32,000 bases of DNA from Telmatocola sphagniphila (GTDB lineage Bacteria; Planctomycetota; Planctomycetia; Gemmatales; Gemmataceae): positions 2,970,001-3,002,000 of the forward strand of contig NZ_CP074694.1 in the NCBI RefSeq assembly GCF_018398935.1. Reading direction: 5' to 3'. The translations under genes and the position numbers were made by a program. The first letter of the stretch is position 1, and the number at the start of each line of letters is the position of its first letter. Shown in pieces: positions 26,889 through 32,000 of the stretch. Under the pieces are notes generated by a model. That model was not told the DNA's origin. It saw only the letters and a program-made list of their open reading frames with translations, and did no database searches.

Positions 26889-29800
26889 ATGGTGGAATCG
26901 GTTCAGGTCCCTATTGCCGAGAAACCATCCAATCTAGTTGACTATCTCTCCGATTACACCCACCCCTTGCGTTTGGATGCCGCGGGCCATGAGAGTTTGT
27001 TGCAGAAAATCCGCGAATTGGCTGTCGGTTCGATTGATTCGATTGCACCGAGTTCTCGTTCCGTACTGATACGCTTTCGAGGCAACTGCGCCCGACTTAA
27101 AGAGGTGCACCGGGAGCTGGCCCTTAGAGCGGCCTTAGGGGAACAGATTCCTAGTGAATCCGAATGGTTGCTCGACAACTATTACATCATTCAGGAAGTC
27201 GTTCGAGAAATTCGCAATGATCTTCCCAAGGGTTACTATCGAGAGTTGCCCGCCCTACTCAGTGGACCTTTTGCAAGACTCCCTCGGATCTGTCCGTTTG
27301 CCTTTTCGCTGCTGGCTTATACCGATTCGGCTTTTACGGAGTCCGACATTACGGAAGCCGTGACGGAATACCAACGTGTCGCTCCGCTATCCATCGGTGA
27401 AATCTGGGCGATCCCGACGATGTTGAGGCTCGCTCTACTGGAGAATTTGAGGCGAATTGCCGATCAGATTGTTTCGACTATCAAGGAGCACCGCTCCGCG
27501 ACCGCAGCGGTATTACTCGCGAACAAGGGGAGCCAGCCGCTTCTGCCTACCCAGCCCACGGACGCTTTTGCTGTGGCCTTCTGGGAAGGATTGCGCGACG
27601 GCGATAACACGAGTGCAGTCCGAAGCGACTTAGTTCACGATTGGTTATCGGAACACATAGCCGATCCCGGAAAGATTGAACATCGCGAATACTGCCGACA
27701 GGCGGCAAATCAAGTTTCCATCGGGAACGCCATCACTAGTCTTCGCTTGCTCGGCGTCATTGACTGGATGAACTTTTTCGAATCGGTCAGCTTAGTTGAG
27801 GCCGAGCTTCGCAGAGACCCGGCGGGAATCTACGGCCGACAGGATTTTGGAACGAGAGATCGTTGTCGCCAAGCAGTGGAGAAACTTTCCCGACAATCCA
27901 AAATTTCCGAATTGGACATTGTTAAGCGGGCCAATCACCAGGCCGAACTTTCGAAATCGACCTCTCCCCTTCCCAACGCCAGCTTTTTAATCGGAGAGCA
28001 TCGTCAGGTTTTTGCGCAAAGCCTCAAGCCGATTCCCTTCTGGAAAATGAGCAGGCAGGATTGGCTCCTGGAACATCCCAATTTATTCTTTTTTGGGCTA
28101 CTCGGTTCGCTGACTGCACTTCTGGTAATTAGTGCGATTGCCCTCTCCGGAGCAAGTTCTATAAGTCTCATCGTTCTGGTGGCATTGGCTGCCTTACTTC
28201 CCGCGAGCGAACTGGCTGTCGGCTTTTCCAATTTTTTCATTACTCGTCAGCTTGCCCCTCGAGTGCTACCCAAGCTCGATTTCAAAAATGGAATTGCGAA
28301 CGGATGCGACACCTTCGTGGTGATCCCGACTCTGCTGACCAGACCGGAACAAGCCGCCGTGCTTTGCGAACGGTTGGAGTTACACTATTTATCCAACTCC
28401 GATCCCAAGCTTCGGTTTGCATTGCTTACAGACTTCCCGGATGCAGATGCAGAGCAAACGCCGAGCGACGATCCAAGTCTCCAGACGGCCTTGGAAGGCA
28501 TTCAGAAATTGAATGAACTGCACGCGGAGGAAAACTCTCCTCGCTTTTTTCTCTTTCACCGTCGAAGGCTTTGGAATCCCTCGCAAAACTGCTGGATGGG
28601 GTGGGAACGCAAACGCGGTAAACTCGAAGAATTCAACAGTTTGCTTCGCGGTGATAAGAACACCACCTACTCGATTCAATCTTCTGTCATCGATAAACTG
28701 CCGCCGATTCGCTATGTCCTTACACTCGATGGCGACACCGTTCTGCCTCGAGACGCCGCGCGGCAGATGATCGCTACATTGGCCCATCCACTTAATCAGC
28801 CGATATTATCGGAAGATAAACGCCGGGTGATTTCCGGTTTTGGACTATTACAACCCCGAGTGAGTTTCCTTTATAAAACCGGATTTCAGTCGTGGTTTGC
28901 AAGCCTTTTCGCAGGCTCTGCCGGGATCGATCCTTATTCCGCCGCGGTGTCCGATACGTACATGGATCTTTTTGCCAAGGGAACTTTCACAGGCAAAGGG
29001 CTGTACGATATCGATGCTTTTCAAGCGACCTCGGGACAAGCTTTCCCCGAAAATGCCATCTTAAGTCACGATCTGATCGAGTCAAATTATACGCGCTGTG
29101 CCCTGGCCACCGATGTCGAAGTCTTCGATGAGTTCCCTTCGCGTTATAACTCGTACGCTCGGCGCGAACATCGATGGATCCGAGGCGACTGGCAATTGCT
29201 GCCCTGGTTGAGTCGCCGAGTGCCAACTTCTTCCGGCGAAGCGATCAATATTCTGCCGGCTTTGGAACGCTGGAAGATCATCGATAATTTGCGCCGGAGT
29301 CTCGTACCGGCCAGTCTCGTTCTGCTCTTGCTTCTGGCCGCGACCATTCTGCCCGGACAATTTCTTGGCTGGTGTGGCTTTGTTATGATCCTATTCGCGT
29401 GGCCAACGATCTTTTATCTGCTCGAAACTGCGTTGTTAAAATTGCATGGCAAATCTTCGAGGAGTTTGATTGCCCGCTTACGGGCCGATCTTCCTTCAAC
29501 TCTCGGACAATCGGCCCTGCAATTCGCGTTTCTACCCAATCAAGCCTGGGTGGCCATTCATGCAATTGGTACGACGCTTTACCGTCTGAATTTTTCGCGA
29601 AAGAAATTACTGGAATGGGAGACCGCCGCAGCGGCAGAAGTCCGTTTGGGAACTCAATTCAAGGCCTTCCTCCACTCCATGTTTCCCGCCGTGATAATAT
29701 CTCTGGTCTGTTTGCTTCTTGTGGGAATATCCCACTTGAGCAATTTGATTTATTTTGCTCCGATCGGCCTGCTCTGGCTAATGTCACCCCTGATCGCCTG

Positions 29801-32000
29801 GCGAATCAGCCAACCGCGACAATTTTTGGAAAGAAGCTTAACCGAAGAAGAACGATTGGAACTCCGGCTGGTTTGTCGAAAGACCTGGAATTTCTTCGAA
29901 ACTTTTGTCGGGGATGCCGATAATCACTTGCCTCCGGACAACTACCAGGAAGATCCTTTGTCGGCAGTGGCCCACCGCACTTCCCCTACGAATATCGGTT
30001 TATATCTCCTTTCCGTTCTGGCTGCGCACGATCTGGGATACCTCACCCTGCCTCAGATGCTGGAGCGATTACGCAAAACATTTGCATCGATTCAAAAATT
30101 GGAAAAGTATCGCGGCCATCTGTTGAATTGGTACGAAACCACAACGCTAGAGACTTTACAGCCTGGCTACGTCTCCACGGTCGACAGCGGGAATTTATTA
30201 GCCTGTCTGCTGACGTTGAAGCAGGGCCTTTTAGAAAAAATGCGAACCCCGCCGCAGTCAACTCCCGAGGGACTACGAGATACCTGCGAACTGTTTCTGA
30301 AAGCCCTTTCAGAGCCAGCGCATAACGATCCCAAATTGAAACAGCAGGCTGAGGAGTTGCGAAAAGCACTTTTAACGAAATTTAAACTCACCGAGATTCA
30401 ATCTTCACTCGTTTCACTGCAATCGAAATCTCTTTCTAGTCATCCTGAGGCGGAAGTTTGGCTTTCTCGACTCTCCCAACAAGTGCAACAACAGTTGCTT
30501 TTAGATCAACAGCCTACCGAGCAAAGTGTCGGGTGCCCCAAGGAAATGGCTGAGATCGCTGAAGAGGCCGAGCGATTAGCAAAGGGCATGGATTTTCGAT
30601 TTCTTTATAATGCCGAGCGGGATCTCTTCAGCATTGGCTATAACTGCAACACGCAAAGATTAGACACTTCACATTACGATTTGCTCGCTTCAGAATCCTG
30701 CATCGCCAGTTTTCTGGCGGTCGCTCGCGGTCAAGTCCCCAGAAAGCACTGGTTTCAATTAGGTAGGCTTTCAATGTATGCCGCGGGAGAGACCGGCTTG
30801 ATCTCCTGGGGTGGTACGATGTTCGAGTATCTGATGCCCCGGATCCTTCTACCGGTACCGCAGGGAGTATTGCTCGATCGGGCACAACGCACGGCCGTCG
30901 CCCGACAGATCGAGTTTGGTGCGGAAGAGAAACTACCCTGGGGTGTTTCCGAATCCGGATTTTATCTGCTTGATGCCGGTAAAATCTATCAGTACCAATC
31001 GTTCGGGGTTCCTGGTTTGGGTTTAAAAAGGGGCCTGGAAAAAGATCGGGTCGTGGCTCCCTATGCGACTCTGATGGCTGTGGACATCGATCCCCAGAAA
31101 GCGATCGCCAACCTGAAGGAGCTGAAAAAGTGGGGCGGCGAGGGCAAATTCGGTTACTACGAAGCATTGGATTTTTCTCCCCAGCGCATCCCGGAGGGGA
31201 GTAAATGTCGTGTCGTGAAATCCTATATGGCTCATCATCAGGGTATGGGATTGCTGGCCATTCTGAATCGGTTGACCCAGGGAGCGCTCCGTCGCCGATT
31301 CCAGGCGGAACCGGTCGTCCGCTCCGCGGAATTACTACTGCAGGAGCGGATTCCCAACGATTTTCCGATCTTCGAGCCGGAGGTTGCCACCGTCGAGGAC
31401 CAGCAACTTTCGACCTTCAACGCTCCTTCGCGACGGCGAATCACCACTCCGGATACTCCCGTTCCACGCACGCATCTTTTATCCAACGGCCTTTACACCG
31501 TAATGATCACCAACTCCGGCGCGGGTTTCAGCCGCTATGGCGATATAGATATCACTTTCTTCCGCGCCGATCGGACGACCGACGACTGCGGACAGGTTAT
31601 CTATTTGCGTGACCGCCGTTCCGGAAAAATCTGGTCCGTGGGCTATCAGCCGATCCGCAAAAAAACGTCCCATTATGAAGTCATCTTTTCGCTCGATAAG
31701 GCTGATATCCGCCAGTTTGATGACGGCATTGAGACGCATCTGGAAATCACCGTTCCCCCCGATCAGAACGTCGAGATTCGGCGACTATCGATAGCCAATC
31801 AATCGGCCCGGCAAGTCCGGTTGGATGCTACCAGCTATGCCGAGATTGTGCTCAATGATCATCGCGCTGACATGGCTCACCCGGTCTTTGGAAAGCTATT
31901 TCTGGAAACGGAATGGGTCCCGCAATACTGTGCCCTTCTATGCCAACGCCGGCCCCGTACTCCCAACCAGAAGACGGGCTGGGCCATGCACTTGCTGGTA
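26889..32000 (+). CDS. Cyclic beta-1,2-glucan synthase (Cgs/NdvB/ChvB-like; GT84 domain plus start of the GH94-type region), 5' 1704 codons; continues beyond the window
   Basis: Not in the supplied ORF track because it has no stop in the window. I translated it by hand: MVESVQVPIAEKP... stays open to nt 32000. TM segments (LFFFGLLGSLTALLVISAIAL, LIVLVALAALLPASELAV). GT domain with DXD (YVLTLDGDTVLPRDA), GKGLYDIDAF, and the signature REHRWIRGDWQLLPW. Later motifs: HRTSPTNIGLYLLS, STVDSGNL, WGGTMFEYLMP, YMAHHQGM. Confidence 0.88.
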   Translation, partial: MVESVQVPIAEKPSNLVDYLSDYTHPLRLDAAGHESLLQKIRELAVGSIDSIAPSSRSVLIRFRGNCARLKEVHRELALRAALGEQIPSESEWLLDNYYIIQEVVREIRNDLPKGYYRELPALLSGPFARLPRICPFAFSLLAYTDSAFTESDITEAVTEYQRVAPLSIGEIWAIPTMLRLALLENLRRIADQIVSTIKEHRSATAAVLLANKGSQPLLPTQPTDAFAVAFWEGLRDGDNTSAVRSDLVHDWLSEHIADPGKIEHREYCRQAANQVSIGNAITSLRLLGVIDWMNFFESVSLVEAELRRDPAGIYGRQDFGTRDRCRQAVEKLSRQSKISELDIVKRANHQAELSKSTSPLPNASFLIGEHRQVFAQSLKPIPFWKMSRQDWLLEHPNLFFFGLLGSLTALLVISAIALSGASSISLIVLVALAALLPASELAVGFSNFFITRQLAPRVLPKLDFKNGIANGCDTFVVIPTLLTRPEQAAVLCERLELHYLSNSDPKLRFALLTDFPDADAEQTPSDDPSLQTALEGIQKLNELHAEENSPRFFLFHRRRLWNPSQNCWMGWERKRGKLEEFNSLLRGDKNTTYSIQSSVIDKLPPIRYVLTLDGDTVLPRDAARQMIATLAHPLNQPILSEDKRRVISGFGLLQPRVSFLYKTGFQSWFASLFAGSAGIDPYSAAVSDTYMDLFAKGTFTGKGLYDIDAFQATSGQAFPENAILSHDLIESNYTRCALATDVEVFDEFPSRYNSYARREHRWIRGDWQLLPWLSRRVPTSSGEAINILPALERWKIIDNLRRSLVPASLVLLLLLAATILPGQFLGWCGFVMILFAWPTIFYLLETALLKLHGKSSRSLIARLRADLPSTLGQSALQFAFLPNQAWVAIHAIGTTLYRLNFSRKKLLEWETAAAAEVRLGTQFKAFLHSMFPAVIISLVCLLLVGISHLSNLIYFAPIGLLWLMSPLIAWRISQPRQFLERSLTEEERLELRLVCRKTWNFFETFVGDADNHLPPDNYQEDPLSAVAHRTSPTNIGLYLLSVLAAHDLGYLTLPQMLERLRKTFASIQKLEKYRGHLLNWYETTTLETLQPGYVSTVDSGNLLACLLTLKQGLLEKMRTPPQSTPEGLRDTCELFLKALSEPAHNDPKLKQQAEELRKALLTKFKLTEIQSSLVSLQSKSLSSHPEAEVWLSRLSQQVQQQLLLDQQPTEQSVGCPKEMAEIAEEAERLAKGMDFRFLYNAERDLFSIGYNCNTQRLDTSHYDLLASESCIASFLAVARGQVPRKHWFQLGRLSMYAAGETGLISWGGTMFEYLMPRILLPVPQGVLLDRAQRTAVARQIEFGAEEKLPWGVSESGFYLLDAGKIYQYQSFGVPGLGLKRGLEKDRVVAPYATLMAVDIDPQKAIANLKELKKWGGEGKFGYYEALDFSPQRIPEGSKCRVVKSYMAHHQGMGLLAILNRLTQGALRRRFQAEPVVRSAELLLQERIPNDFPIFEPEVATVEDQQLSTFNAPSRRRITTPDTPVPRTHLLSNGLYTVMITNSGAGFSRYGDIDITFFRADRTTDDCGQVIYLRDRRSGKIWSVGYQPIRKKTSHYEVIFSLDKADIRQFDDGIETHLEITVPPDQNVEIRRLSIANQSARQVRLDATSYAEIVLNDHRADMAHPVFGKLFLETEWVPQYCALLCQRRPRTPNQKTGWAMHLLV

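Overview
This is a chromosomal window with about 27 protein genes, one tRNA and no mobile elements, CRISPR arrays or prophage signatures. The gene content suggests a Planctomycetota-like genome: many secreted beta-propeller, ConA-like and alpha/beta-hydrolase proteins, a sulfotransferase, and CHASE3/PAS kinases. That taxonomic call is inference only.

Left to right, the window holds:
- Housekeeping and transport genes: the 3' part of ligA, a GT2 glycosyltransferase plus sulfotransferase pair, an initiator tRNA-fMet with its terminator, a small membrane protein translationally coupled to a sodium:solute symporter, a fused two-domain ABC permease, a PQQ-like beta-propeller protein, tadA coupled to a large secreted beta-propeller protein, and a long four-ACT aspartate kinase.
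- Secreted and hypothetical genes: a DUF1349-like ConA-fold protein, an esterase interrupted by one in-frame TAA, a hypothetical protein, a secreted alpha/beta hydrolase, a zinc-ribbon membrane protein, and a small ORF coupled to a DUF2383 ferritin-like protein.
- A signalling operon: CHASE3-PAS histidine kinase, single-domain receiver, receiver-histidine kinase hybrid, and an unknown helical protein.
- A divergent sigma-54 activator gene.

The most interesting part is the right end. A 256-bp intergenic region carries two well-spaced, divergent sigma-54 (-24/-12) promoter matches flanking a perfect inverted repeat. One promoter faces a tiny secreted protein that is extremely Tyr/Gly-rich with an RGG-like tail. 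The other faces a giant ORF that is missing from the supplied ORF track because it has no stop in the window (26889 to beyond 32000). That ORF encodes a cyclic beta-1,2-glucan synthase (Cgs/NdvB/ChvB-like). With the adjacent activator and phosphorelay, this looks like an undescribed sigma-54-controlled envelope or matrix module.
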